Source: Mytilus edulis (Eukaryota). Taken from it: a DNA stretch of 64,000 bases. A model generated the notes under the pieces. That model was not told where the DNA came from. It searched no databases and saw only the letters and a list, made by a program, of their open reading frames with translations. Every line of letters begins with the position of its first letter. Within the stretch, counting starts at the first letter, position 1. Shown here one piece after another: positions 22,101 through 37,100 of the stretch. The stretch lies in NCBI RefSeq assembly GCF_963676685.1, contig NC_092346.1, positions 90,458,001 through 90,522,000 on the forward strand, written 5' to 3'. The translations under genes and the position numbers were made by a program.

Positions 22101-25100
22101 AACATTACAAAAATTTAACATAATGGTATTTTTCATTCGTCGTTTTAACAATTTCTTGACAAATGCAACTTATGATAGGATTTTCGCTCGTCATGAAAAA
22201 CAAAACATAGTCATGATAAAGTGATTACTGATCCTGAACAGCCGAAAGCGTCTTCAGTCTTGATAGGAACTCTTGTTGCCAAAGCCATAACTTTTTTTTA
22301 ATTGTTTTTTTCTGTCTTCTTAGGCTTTTCATCTCGTCTCTTTCTAGTCATTATTTGTGTTTTTTTTATATTATTCTTTTTAGATCACCCTTACCCGGAT
22401 AGGTTTTTGTCTCCGTTTATCTTTCGCTATCAACGTTAAGTATTTTTGGTGTTATTGCTAATTTATTTACAGCTCGATACAAACAAAACACTGTTAATTT
22501 ATGTTGAAGGTATATAACAAGGTGGGGTGAATTTTCACAGTGGGCATAAAATTCTTTCGAAAGCGCAAATTAACTTATAAATAATACTTCGTTCGTGATG
22601 AAGCCCTAAAGAATATACAGTTGTAGAAAAACTGAATACAACAATATCTTAAACATGCATAATAAAAATCATATTACCTATACTACTTTGACATAATGAA
22701 CAGAATCTTGGACATCTGTGTCTGGCTATTGTATGAACAGGACCGTAAGTTGTTCTACATATTCCAATAGAATTGTTCCAATTGCGGCAGCTAAAATTTA
22801 TATCTTCGTAGTCAGTGCAACCAAGTGGAAAATGTTCGTTTATTATTGGTACAGCTAAAAGAACGAAACATTCGCACGTTTATTACAATGAGCAAAACGA
22901 ACAACAGATTTACTAGACAGTACAACGGAACGCACCAATTAACTTATTTCTACAGTTACAGAACGAATAACGCAACATACAGGACTCATGTTCCTTAACT
23001 TGATACACAACTCGACGCATTTGAACGATTACACTGTTTCGAAAACATACATTTTCTTTGTCTATTTAGAAAATTTATTGTAAAGCGAATTCATAATAAA
23101 CTGCATTCTCAAGTTTCCAACAGGATGACCACTAAGTTGATTTAGATAAATCAAAGACGGATAATAATATGCAAATCAGAGTCAAAAGTTACTCAATGCA
23201 AAAGGAAGTTATAGCTAGCTAAGGTAGCCATATGTGATAATTGAATACTACGACACTAAAACAGAATGAAATAATAAATTTAATACCAGAACAAGTTTCA
23301 TTATTAACGGAAATAAGTAATAAATAAGTTGTGTCTTACGAGTTTTTTTTTTAATTTCATCATTAAGCATACACCAGACGAAACTGGAAAGCCCAAGAAG
23401 TATAAGTACCTCATAACTTGATGAACTATTTATCCAGGAAAGAATATAAAAGTTTAGCCAAATAAATCATTAATAAATATTATTTGTTGTGGATAGTTAG
23501 TGATGTTTTTCTTTGACAGAAAAAACACAAAAGTAAACTAAATAACACTGTAAATGGGTTTCTGTTTTTTAAAACAAAAAAAAACACGTTTAACCCGGAT
23601 CATACAATAAGTTTGACAGACTTACGCGTATATTCCATGTATATCACATAAAAACATCGAGTTTCTCCTGGTATACTAAAAATATAGAAACAATCATTTC
23701 AAAATATTATTTTTTTAAAATGTATAATCAGATTCGAGACTTAAACTATATACTCTGGCACTCAATGACAACACGATACCATACATATCACTAAAGCATT
23801 ACATCATTGTGTGAGGTGTAAATGAAATTGCAAAATTTAGTATTATAAAACCAATGCTTATATTGTGTTAACATGTGTCGAGAAAATCAAAAGATTTTGA
23901 AGCATAGGACTCAATTACATTTAATTTACTAGCTGTATTTGGCATACTCATTCGAAATGTTTGGTCCTTAATGTTTATTTTTAAAAACATTAACATAGTT
24001 TATAAATTTTTAGTAATATTAAAACATTAATTGTACCTATCCTTAACAATATGCCGTGTCTTTATATCTCTTATATACACAACACTTTCAGATCATGTAA
24101 ATGAGAGATGTCACATTGGCAATCATAACACATCTTCGTATTACTAGTGTACCAATATTTTAATCTGCATCGAAATAACATCTTCATTCTCGATTATCCA
24201 CAGATAGCTATTAATTGTTCAGTAATACATACTTTGGAAGATATATATTGAAACAGAATCTGTCTTTTCCTGTTGATCCTGGAGGTGGGGTAAACGTAAC
24301 ATCTGTCGTGCAATTACCAAACAATTTAGTATTATCAGCAGATGTAAAAATATGAAGATCGTTCGATGGTCCCTCTGTCTGTTTTACAAAGGGACTGAAA
24401 AAGAAATACATTTTCTGACACTTACAAGTTTCACAAAGTGACAAACACATGTGTTTATTAATTCCATGATTCATTACTGTTCACACATTTAGTGTAAACA
24501 TTATTAGAACTACAAGTAACATACATTCAAAAGCGGTGTAATAAAGTCAACGACAGTTTAAACGATCAACAATCATGATAAACACTATCATGCGCGTCAC
24601 TGATGAGTATTGTGTAGACGAAACGTATGGCGTATCAAATTATATGAGAATAGTACCTTTTGATAACTATTAGTTGTGTGTTCCTCTGTCCTGTATGCTC
24701 TCCCATTTATTTATATTGTAGTCCTGTCATAGGATGTTGTCATTTTAATATTATATTTAACATTGCCATAAAAGCGGGAGGTTTGGCTAACCGCAAAACC
24801 AGGTTCAACCCACCATTTGTTCTTAAAATGTCTCGTACCAAGTCAGTAAAATGACCATGTTATATTGTAGTTCGTTTCTGAGTGTGTTGCATTTTAGTGT
24901 TGTGTTTCTGTTGTGTCGTTGTTCTCCTCTTATATTTGATGTGTTTCTCTCAGTTTTAGTTTGTAACCAGGATTTTTTTTATCAATCGATTTATGAATTT
25001 CAAACAGAGGTATACTGATGTTGCCTTTATTCATAAGGCATTAACAACTTTGACTTTTAAAAAAAGTATCTTATCACCACACAAAGATTACAAAAGAATA

Positions 25101-28100
25101 ACATATAGATTTTCTTGGATCAAAACACTTACAAACCAAACCATAGCATGCATAGACTGAAATTGACAGGATCTTTTTCTCATAAATTATATTATATTAC
25201 ACTATAACTAGAGGTAAAGAAGACTTTGTAGAGTGGTACACGATATCTTCATATCAAGATTAATTGCACACAAATTTGAGGGAGGCTGTGATAAGATGTC
25301 AATGCTACTAAGCACTGACCACTAAGGATAGACACAAATAAGCATTCACACCAATAGACATACACACGAAAACATTAAAAAGTTCTCCTGATATAAAACA
25401 TTATCATTTAGGGTAAAACTTTAAGGACATAAATAGGAAAAATGAAAAACTTGCCCGAGTACTAATTACTAGCTACTGAGATTCACAAATTGTCAGACAT
25501 AAACAAGGAAGTAGGATAAAATAAAACTTACCAGACAGGGTAAAATCCACCAGACATAAACAATAAAGCATGACATGATTTCCCTGGTACACATTGTGTT
25601 ACAGAGTCATGTGGTATTGTTGGCGTGATAAAGTAGGGCTATAATATTTATATAAAAGAAAACATATATATTAGAAAGTTCATAAGAATTCACATGGTTT
25701 TGTCTGAAATTTGTTCAAAATAAATATTGATCTCAATGGCGAATTAACAAGCGAAATCTGTATAAATTGTAGGTTTTCTTTTTGTTTCGATAGAATATAG
25801 ACACCAGTTAATAAAAGAAAAAGTACTATCTTTGTATCAAAATGCATTATTTTTCTTTATATTCAGAACGCATTGTTTACATGAGGCATATTAATACATT
25901 TTATGTCAGAGAAGTCTATGTAGAATAGCCTAGACGTATTTAAATTATTCAAGTTAGCTGACAATAGGTAGAATTTAAATCTAAATAGATAATTTCACCC
26001 AAACACACCTGACTTGTTTCCACTTGATGCTGATAAGAATCTGCAAAAGACAATAGTGTCTTAATTTATATGAAAAAAGAATGTGTCAATGGGACACAGG
26101 TTTCCTCACTTTCAAACATTTAACAAGTCGGTATACAAATTCAAACCTTTTAATTTTCTTTTCTTATTAACTTAATTAAGTCCGTTTTCCGCTAAACTGA
26201 CGATGTTCTCTCACTTAAGCTTAATAATTCAAAGTTTGGTTTGCTTCTTCGACCTTGGGATAAAACATACGACAGTCTGCGTCACATATCGACTTACATC
26301 AAGACATTGACAATGAGGTATAATGTTTGGATTAAAATTTTACGACAAAAGAAATAATTTCAGCTTTTCAGTCCAAACTTTGTCATAACTATGCAATAGG
26401 GCATCAGCACATAAAACGATATTCCAGGGCTTGTATTTCCTATCAAGATTTCCTTGATGAATGGTTGCTGCTTACAAGTAAGCTATTGAACCAATGTTCT
26501 TAAATAGTTGAAATCATTTTTTTATAAATTTTACGGACACATTCACGTGTTGATTGTAGAATAACTGATTCACATATGACATTAGATATGTTCCAATTAT
26601 CGTGACAACATCCTGGCGCCTATTCTGATACTGTGACCTGTCGAATACGACGTGTCACCAGGATGTTCTTTCATAAGTAACGATATGGGTGGCACATATG
26701 GAGCGGACTCAGAATATACGTCCGAAGCAAGTTTTTTTTTTATCATGGCGTAGTAAGTTATTTTCGACTTATAAATGTGAATGTCCCTTTTGAGACTTTG
26801 CATCTTTTTATGATATGTTTTTCGTATGTAGTCATTAGATTCGGGATAAAGTGCTCGAAATCGATCTTAAAAGTTATTTATGGTTGATTTTTAATTTTTT
26901 GCTAAGTAGCCAAAAAACCACAAGAACTTTAAACTAAATAATATAAGGGTAATTTGATCTAAGAACAAGGTTCACATACACGTAAGCCAACTATGGCCTC
27001 AAATTCCAACTATGTTATAAAATATCAAAAGGGCCATACGATGGGAATAATTTTTTTCTATAGCCTTACATTTAGGTAAATTATGTGTATCCATAAGTGA
27101 ACATTCTAGGCTCCAAGTTTGTTACAGTTTAGATAAAATACGATGATGTTGTGTGCATACTTCGGAACTAAAAACGTGAGGAAAGCATTGCCCGTCCGTA
27201 ATCTACGATCCTAAAAATAATGTAACCATAATATGCTAATGATAATATTTGATCGGTAGAGACATAACAATTCTTGAGCATGTTTAACTGTCAGCGTCAC
27301 TCAAGCTAAAACTATTTTAAATCATTAAAAAAAACGTGATTAAGGGTCATTACTGATAATTGATATAACAACTCTTGTTATGAAACATTTGCAGTATTTT
27401 TGGCATGGTTAAAAACATGAACATCGTTGAACGAATTTTACATAACCATTGAAGTAGGACAAATAAAGATGCAAAGGTCATTACATTGCTATATTTACCT
27501 GGAGATTTAATTTCAACCTCAAAACAGAATTCATCGCTAGTTAACCTGAAAACAGTAGAAGAACAGTATTAGTATAAAAATGGTGAATGTATAAAGCTGC
27601 CAACAGAACTTGTGTAGGCTTAGTTCAACTAAGCCTACACAAGTTAACAATATATCATCAGTCATCAAGCTGAATAGGAGCAAATCAATTTAATACTTTC
27701 ATTTGATATTGTTACACAAATTCATCTTCATATCTTTTATGAACCATCTATCGTTCTACATTTGTAAATGCATGTACCAAAGCAGGAATATTAGAGTGTT
27801 GTCCGTTCGTTTGATGTGATTTATCATTTGATTAGGGACTTTCCGTTTTGAATTTTTCCTTGGAGTTCAGTACTTTTGTGATTTTACTCTTTCGTAATCT
27901 AAATAACCCAATGTCTGACAGTTTGTATTAACATACATTATATTTCCTACAGTTTACTGGGAAAATGAAATGAAATTGAAATGTTTATAAGCTATGAACA
28001 GCAAACATGTTAAGGAGGCCATTTTTCATTGGTGTTTTACATTTCATTCTTTAATTTTTTGAAATGACAAAACTATATCAATATGGAAAAGATCGTTGAA

Positions 28101-31100
28101 AAATAATGCAATGGACGCACAATAAGTCAAACGTCGTTAAAGTCTCAAGGAGACATCTAATTGTTTCGATTATAGTATTATTTTAAAAGATAAACATGTA
28201 AATCTATTTCCGTTGTTGTTTCTGAAAACTGTTTCTACCTAGCTATAATCTGATTAGATTTAATGAGTCTTAAATCATCAATTAAGAACAACAACCCTTT
28301 TTGAAGTCATACAATGGTTTCGGTTATATTGGCATTTTTCTTGAACCTGAATTGCTTATAATATTTGCTCGCGATTGTTTTAAATTTGTTATGTTGAAGG
28401 AAGAAAAAAATCACAAAGTTTACATTCGTACCAAAACGTCAGACGGCTTTAGCAAACATGACGCTATAGTATAGAAGAGCCTTGAATATCGATCAAAAGA
28501 CAACTGCAAATTCTACTTACATGCTACCTTTATGAAAATTAGCTTCTGGAAACTCTATTACTTAGTAAACTCTCGACAAAATGACTATATCTGTTGAAAT
28601 ATGTCAAAGTACCTACTCTCTAGTATCGCCTGTTTGTACACAGGTTTTGTGTACACCAGTTGTTGTACCTACAACAATCACATAACACAGGAAGGTACCA
28701 GGATTTTTGGGATCTTGTATTACTGTTGTCCCTTTTGATGACAGGCCTGCTTCAACAGGTCCATATCTTACTGAAGGTTGTCTATAAAAACAATGTTCAT
28801 AGAAGTATTTCATTTAATGCATGATTTTGTCGCTGTGCACTCGGTATCACAACGTTTTGCTTAATTTTTATAATAAGTGGTTTTTGGCAGTTGAAATACT
28901 GTGTCTAACAATCCTTGAAACGATTAATATGGGCAGAACAATAATTGTTCATTTTAAGATTGGCAAATATGTTTTTCCCTTCCATCATCAACATAGACTT
29001 TTGTATTTGATGTTTATATATCCCAAGTCTGTGGCCCTTCATAATCCCAAATGAAATTGGTATGTACCCCAATCATATCAATATTTGAAACATTTTCTAT
29101 TCTCCATATTGGCATACATTGAGAGGTGAAGCAAACTTTTCAAACTGGGTATAATTAATCGTTTTCTTCGGAAATGCTGTACATAATCAGAAATATGCCG
29201 TTTTTCCCAGTTGTTCAATTAATTGATAGCGTCATGGATTAGGTGTTTATTGTATACTTATTTGGAAACTACATATATTGTAATCTTGGAACGTCGCAAT
29301 AAAAAAAACCAAACTGCATACCTGACTCGTAAGTATCTTCCCAAATGCATGATGCTTGAAAACCTTATATCTTTTTATTGCGTGATGTTTGCTTCAAGAT
29401 AGAAGACTTTTTATAGCGCAACAGTTCTACACGATTTAATTACTTGGAAATCGTAAGTAAGCAGCATGCATGCCTTAAATGATTGCATCATTCCTTCTTG
29501 TGATTTTACCTTTTGGGGATTTCTAAATGTCACTCTTACTTACTGAGAACTTGATGTGACTGTAAATGGAATTGAACATTCTTCATGCAAAACACATACT
29601 ACCTTCTGTGGTAATACATGGTCTCCAATACTGGCACCCGGCTGAAATAATACATTTAAAGAACACACATTTTACTTTCTTTTACTTACAGATGAAGCAT
29701 AATATCAGGTTTGTATTTAATCGTACTAGTGGCTGTAGAATTTCATTTAACACAATTCAAAGTGTTCATTTCGTACTGCAACTTAAACATACTGATCATA
29801 AAATCTAATCGTCTTCTCTTACTTTAAATGTTTCATTCTAATACTAAATTATATCCTAACATTGGATATTTGTAAAACAAAATGCTTATCATCTATAGAA
29901 TGTACTATATCAAGTGTTAAATGTTTTTCGTCTATTAGTATCGTCATATGGTTGCAGCTTCATATATGAATGGTGTATACTTTCTCTGTAAAGTTTCAGT
30001 TTTCTCTACGGTTATATATAAACTACATATGTTGGCATGTGAGGCTTTGTACTTTTACAATACAAATAGCTAAAATGTTTTGCACATTTTCTCTCTAAAT
30101 TACTTCTTAAATTGATCAACTAGCAAGGTCGTATAGTTAACAGCCCATTAATCATGTAAATAATTAATAAGTTGTTAGTATGAAGCAAGTGCAGTCTTAT
30201 ATAAAATACCCTCGTTATCAATGCATGTGATTATGTATACTGTGGATTCATTTATTTTCGTGGGTACCAATTTTCGTGGTTTGGGGAAAACTTGCATATT
30301 CGTGGGTTTTTAAATTCGTGCTTTTTGTAAAGTTTGCATACATTCTTTAAGAAAATTTGTAATTCGTTGAACATTTAAATTCGTGGTTCTTCAGTATCCA
30401 CGGAATACACGAAAATTGGTATCCAACGAATATTAATGAATCCTCAGTACAATTGATAACCTCTTATATAAGGGCATTTCAAAATCAATTAGTTTTAAAC
30501 AGAAGTTTTGTTGCAGTTTTTCTAACTGGAACTTGTTATTTTTTTTTCTATTTTGTCTAGTTTTTACTGATATGCTTATAATTTTTTTTATGTTCCACGT
30601 GATTTTGTGAAAAGTGCTGTTCAGAAGATAAGTTTTCGGAAGAAAAGGAGAACAAGATTTTGTTTACAGCAATTAGGAAGTATCTCATGTATCTTTCGTC
30701 AAGAAACAGATATTCAATGACGTTCAACCTTTACTCGTGATTGCTAGCGTAAAGTTTTCGGAGGCTCGATTTCAACTTCATCACCTGCAACTCATTGTTT
30801 AATAGCTTTATTTGAACCCTCTATCAAATTAATTGGACTTGAAAATCAAGCTTTGAAATATTGCATCAACGGGAAGGTATAAACTCCATTTTTAGCGCTG
30901 ATGTTATGATAGTAAATAGAAATGAGTAATTATGACATACAATTTATACATTTACCTGTGAGTGCGGAGCTGTGAGTGAATTACCATGAGCTAAACAAAG
31001 TAAAATATAAAGTATTGAGAACTATTTTCAACTTAGAACACTACAGAAAACTAAAAAAATCTCACTCTAAAGCAGACATATACCCTAACAAAGATTTCGT

Positions 31101-34100
31101 TCAGATCGGATAGAACTGGCTTTATTTTTTTTTTATTAATTTGAATATATTTGTGAAAAGTGTTTGTGATTAAGACATGCATACATTTTTGTAGTAACAA
31201 ATTTACAACATAAGTAAATGGTGTAATGGGCAGATCTTCATTCCCCATTATCACATAATGATCATCGGTTTTATATCAATTTGAATAAAAATAGTGTACT
31301 TACCAACCTGACATGTAAAATAATGTACTACCAACCGGAAAGCTAAAATAATGTACTTACCAAGCTGACAGGTAAGTCCCGAATATCCAGATGAACACTG
31401 GCAGAATCCGTTACTGTCTTTGCCGTTGCAGAAACCTTGGTTCATACAAATCAGTCTGCTGCAGGGTCCTCTAGCTTAAGTGCGCGTAAAAAAAATAACA
31501 TGTTTTTGTTAAATTATCATACATTTTTTTTTTAATTCAGTCAATATATTTGAATAAAAAGTTTGTAATTTTACAATTGGGTAAAACACTAATATGGAAA
31601 ATATTTTTTTTCTATTTATGTATGCTACAGTTTGACAAGTTACCGTGTGAGTAAAAATGTTTTATCTTTTTTAAAATCTATCTTAGACTAGTTAATGTAA
31701 ATGCCAAATTGAAAGATACATTTTAAATTCACGTTAACCTAGGTTATATGTACAAATATAGTATAGAGACATATAGGAATTAATGTATTCGACCTGGGAT
31801 ATATTAATAGATTGGAAAATTGACCTGAAGGCTTTCAATGTCCTACAAATGTTCTTATAAATACGACCAGTAAACCAACCGTGTTTCGTTGATTTAATAT
31901 TAGTTCCATACGATCAATACTATTAGAAAGTACATATAGATATAGGAAGATGTGGTGTGAGACAACTCTCCATCCAAATAACAATTTAAAAAGTAAACCA
32001 TTATAGGTTAAAGTACGGCCTTCAACACGAAAGTTTACTTTAACTCCAAATTCCAATGTCCCTTTTACTTTTGATAACTATTTACACCACTGGGTCGATA
32101 CCACTGCTGGTGGACGTTTCGTCCCCGAGGGTATCACCAAGCCCAGTAGTCAGCACTTCGGTGTTGACATGAATATCAATTATATGGTCATTTTTATAAA
32201 TTTTCTGTTTACAAAACGTTGAAAATTTCGAAAAACTAAGGATTTTCTTACCCCAGGAGTTGATTACCTTCGCCATATTTGGCACAACTTTAAGAATATT
32301 TGGATCCTCAATGCTCTTCAACTTTGTATTTATTTGGCTTTTTAACCTTTTGGATCTGAGCGTCACTGATGAGTCTTATGTAGACGAAACGCGCGTCTGG
32401 TGTATAAAATTATAATCCTGATACTTTTGATAACTATTTGACCAGAAACATTTAGATAAATAGCAGCATAGTAAACACTCTAGAAATAAAGTTTGTTTGA
32501 AATTCAAGCTGCTTTCAAAGGCATGTGTATTAAAATTTTAAAATCGTAATCATTTTGAACACGCGTTTACTTGTAAATAGGTTTTTATGATGCTTATGAA
32601 GACGTAAATAAAGGCAACAGTAGTATACCGATGTTGCAAACTCATAAACATTGATAAACAATAAACATTAAAACATTGATTGATTTTCAAAATACCAAGG
32701 TTGTTAAAAGTAACTCAATAGTGATATGTTGAATTAAATAATATGTTGCTGGTATTTTACAAATTTACTCTTGCAAAAACAAATCCAAGAATCTTGATAT
32801 TAAATGGAAGATAAATACCAGTACTAGTATGCATTAGAAAGAAAAAAACTAAGATACGACTCTATTTCTAGAGAAAAATCAAAACAAGCAAAATGTTTTT
32901 TTTTAGATAATTATAGACCTTTAAAATATTGTCATAAAAAAAAAATTTTGATTTTCATTAGTTGTCATGTATGATCGAAACATATCTTCTTGATCTAAAA
33001 GTATTTTTATCATCTCATGTAGCCATTTTTGAACAACAAGAAGGAAACACATTCCACTATAAAAATATATAATATTTCTATTATTCAAAGGGATGAAGAA
33101 GTTGCCGACTAAAATATATGTACCATGTAATGTTTCTTTCGTTATTGTAATGTTGTAACACCTTTTCTCTCCTTCTCCTCTACAAAACAAAAACAGAATA
33201 TTTTATATAAAATGAATCATTAGGTTAAGTTTTCCGGTCAAAATATCAACTACATATAAATGAACTGCACGGAAGTTATAAATGTAAAGTTCAGACAGAA
33301 GGAACAATTATGATAAACATTAATCAGATCGATAAGTCCATTATAAATTGGGACCTTTTTTGCCCCACTGTTAATTGCTTGCTATTAAAGTATAAAAGTA
33401 AAAATAAGAGTATACTGCAACGAGACTGCAGAACGACTTAAAAAAAACCAAGAAAACTTATACTGTAAGTATACCGTCGTCGAAGGGTAGTGATTAAAAA
33501 AAAGTGTTCATATTAGACACTTTTTGAAGGGCCATATTTTTGATAATTGTCATGGGTGCAACTAATCAAAACGCATGATTATAGAAGTTACCTTCATACA
33601 AAAGACAATATTCAGACACAATAATGTGTCTATATAGCCTTAAATCAGATACAACGAAATATAAGTAAATGTGAAATTTATGTACTGTTATCTGCTTAAT
33701 AAAATGCATTTTTAAAAGTAATTCGCAATAGACAGCTTCATCACATGATGCTTAACAATAGAAAACAATAATATCAGCGTTACAGTTGATACGAGCGGAG
33801 CCTTCGACTTTGTATACTGTTAAAATACACGGATTCTTGCAGACACTGCAAACTTAATGTAGTTATAAAAGAGGGACGAAAGATACCAAAGGGACAGTCA
33901 AACTCATAAATCTAAAACAAACTGACCACGTCATGGCTAAAAATAAAAAAAGACAAATAGAACAATAGTACACATGACACAACATAGAAAACTAAAGAAT
34001 AAACAACACGAACCCCACCAAAAACTAGGGGTGATCTCAGGTGCTCCGGAAGGGTAAGCATATATAAACTGCTGATAAGAAATCATGCATTTCATAGCCT

Positions 34101-37100
34101 TCTGTATTTTGTCATGATACTGTCATGCAATGTATGGGTAGTGTTTGATATTGGCATTTGTTATTCAATTTTTATGCAAAAAAGCCATCTGTAATGCAAT
34201 GCTGTGTTGTAACCACTTTTATCAACATGTTACTTTGTCATAACAACTTTAAAGGTAAAATATAAATATTTGAAAATAAAAAAAAGAAGAGCTATAATAA
34301 AAAAAGGTACACATAGCTGAAACAAATAGACATGTAATATCTTACCCGTGTACTAGTCCAAATTTTCCAGGAGGAGTATTTAAAGTAAAACAAACAGTTA
34401 TTGTTCTTTCTATTTCTGTGTGTATTGACACATCAGTAGAACATGGACTTGGGTCTGTATCTGACTGGAAAACAAAGATTCCATCCTGGGCATTCATATT
34501 AGACTCTATCATTGGGCTGAAAATAGACATTACCTTGCAAAGAATTCTTTAGGTTACTATGTATTTTTGTCTTATCTAAAACTTCGTATAATCTCATAGT
34601 ACGTTACCACATACATTCTGAAAATCAATTTATGTATAGAGTAAATTTAATCAAACATTCCCGTGGGACATGGAAAGCTATGCGAAACTTTCTATTTGAA
34701 ACTAATGATTCAACATCGTCACCATTTTGGTGCATTGGACAAAACCTGACATTATAGCTAGTAAAACCTCGCACTTGTATAACAGTGGCATAACATTCAA
34801 TTATATTGACACCGATGTGTGAACAAAACAAATATACATTATAGGTAAAATCGTCAAAAAACTTACCATAGCACAATAAGACAATGACCGAATGCACAAG
34901 TACCGAACCACTTCAAATGAATATACCACAAAAATACACTTAACAGTTAAATTAATATTCAACTTCATTGCGATCTTCGTTTTCATTTTTTCGTATTCAC
35001 TGTAGTACGAAGTTGCAAGACCCATCAATATAAGGCAATGAAATTGGAATGAAAATGATCACAATAATTTCAAATACAATGTCCGTCGTTACAACATAGT
35101 GGTGCTCAGAGGAAGGCAATAATGCTTTTTCAGAGACAACATGCGTGCACAGAATGAAATCTAACCAACATCATTGTTCCTACTAAATTTGTTATTTCTA
35201 CTTATTCAAAAAAAGAAGTTAAACATCTACTGTTCCTTGATCGTAATTTTTTAGAATTTTTTTTTATGGGATGATCTCTGTTGATATAATGTTTGACAAA
35301 CATTTCTTTCTCATCAAAAATACAAATATAAACCTCTGCCAAAAAAAGGTTCTTATTCATATCATATATATACTTTTCCGTATAAAAAAAGACATACCAA
35401 TTTGAATTATATATTTGGCTCTTTGTCCATAAACGTGTATGGCAAGCTTTTCCAACTGAACATTCAATACTACTTCCATCTGGTAAAGTAGGGGCAATGA
35501 ACTGTGGTTTTGTCTGAAATAACAAAACAACTTCCATGATAATGACAAATAATGCTTTCATTTCAATTAGTCCATGACAACTGTTGACTGGTTGCTAAAG
35601 ATTTATTTTAGAACATTACTATGAGGATTGTGTGAGTTTACAGACATATGCATGCATTTAGATTTATTTAAATACAAACGATTTCTTTTTATTGGTATTA
35701 GATTAAGGCTTAATATCATTTTTATGTTTTCTGAATTGATGGCTTTTGTGAAAACATGTTTCGCTTATCAGAACGAGAAAAAGAAAAATCACAAAAATAT
35801 TAAATACGAGTTTAAAAAAATTGACTTTGATAGTGAATCTTCCGTATCTTAATTTTTTAAGCTCGGTTTTATTAAGAAAAGCAGTTTCAGTAAAGAAGAT
35901 AAAATATGAAACTTAACTAAAAATGTACGTAGGCAACAAAGACCAATTACTAAAAATACCTCATATGAACGTTTGTACCTGGTACCTGGTCAACTATAAA
36001 GACACGATAGATTCATAACAATGCTAATTTTTAAATAAGTTTAATAACCAAGATGCTTTTTCAATTTAGTATCGGAACACATGTTTATAAAATGTTGTCA
36101 CATAAATATGTCTCTCGGTAGTCCACAAAAGGACATTCTGATGGATAGCATCATTGCTTAATTAACTAAAGTTGATGAAACTAGGACGTAGGATCGCAGT
36201 AGAATAGTCAAATCGTGAAATGTACTGATAGCAATGCAAAGTTATAGAAAATACCACTTTTTTTTTATTTTATCAAAAGCAGTTACAATCTAACTACCTT
36301 GAGCATTACACTTAAAATATTGAAAAGATCTTTACAATTGACAGCCGCCGGACTATGACCAATGAACAAGGCCTCTTAATAGTCGTCAAACTAATATGTA
36401 TTGGTAGTAATACAATTACATAGAAGGAAATCTTGAATCTTTCACAAGAACTTCCAATCTAACTATTTTCATACTCTTGCTTTTATTATTATGAATATTG
36501 ATAGTGTTATCAGTAAATTAAACAAAACTAAATATTAAACATGTGCTGTTTCACGGTTCTGCAATCCGTCGATATTAATATTTTGGCACGGCACAAGGTC
36601 ATGTTTTTTCTGACCGTTAATGATGTCTTCATACTAAATCTATTAGAAGTTGGATGTGTACTTATTGATATTTTATCCTTAGAAACCTGAATTTTTTTAT
36701 ATATATTTTGTTATTGGCTTTGTACTTGTTGTCAGATACTGCGAGTACTCTCAGATCTGGAAGGGATGAGGAATACTTATACCCAACCAGATCCTGTCTT
36801 TGTTTTTGTTGGATGATTTCCTTGAAGCTATCAAATGAGGTGAGCCTTAAGTTAGGAGAAAGCTGAGTGCTTACAAACATGTTTAACACCGTCACGTTTT
36901 TTTATATGTTTTTAAATGTCAGGAGCCTGCAGATCAGTCATTGTCGTTGGATCATGTTTTTTTTTTATGAATTAAACCGTTAATTTTTTTTCAAATGGAT
37001 TGTTTCATATTTTCAGGTCGCTGTTTTTTTATAGTTGACTAAACGGTACTTGTTTTTTCTCATTGTTGAAGGCTGTAAGGTTGCCACTGATTGCTTTTAT

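Noticed and set aside
32082-32366. 94-aa ORF
   Set aside because: Antisense to the non-coding retrozyme unit; its frame is shifted by a 1-nt indel in the copy at 74-428.
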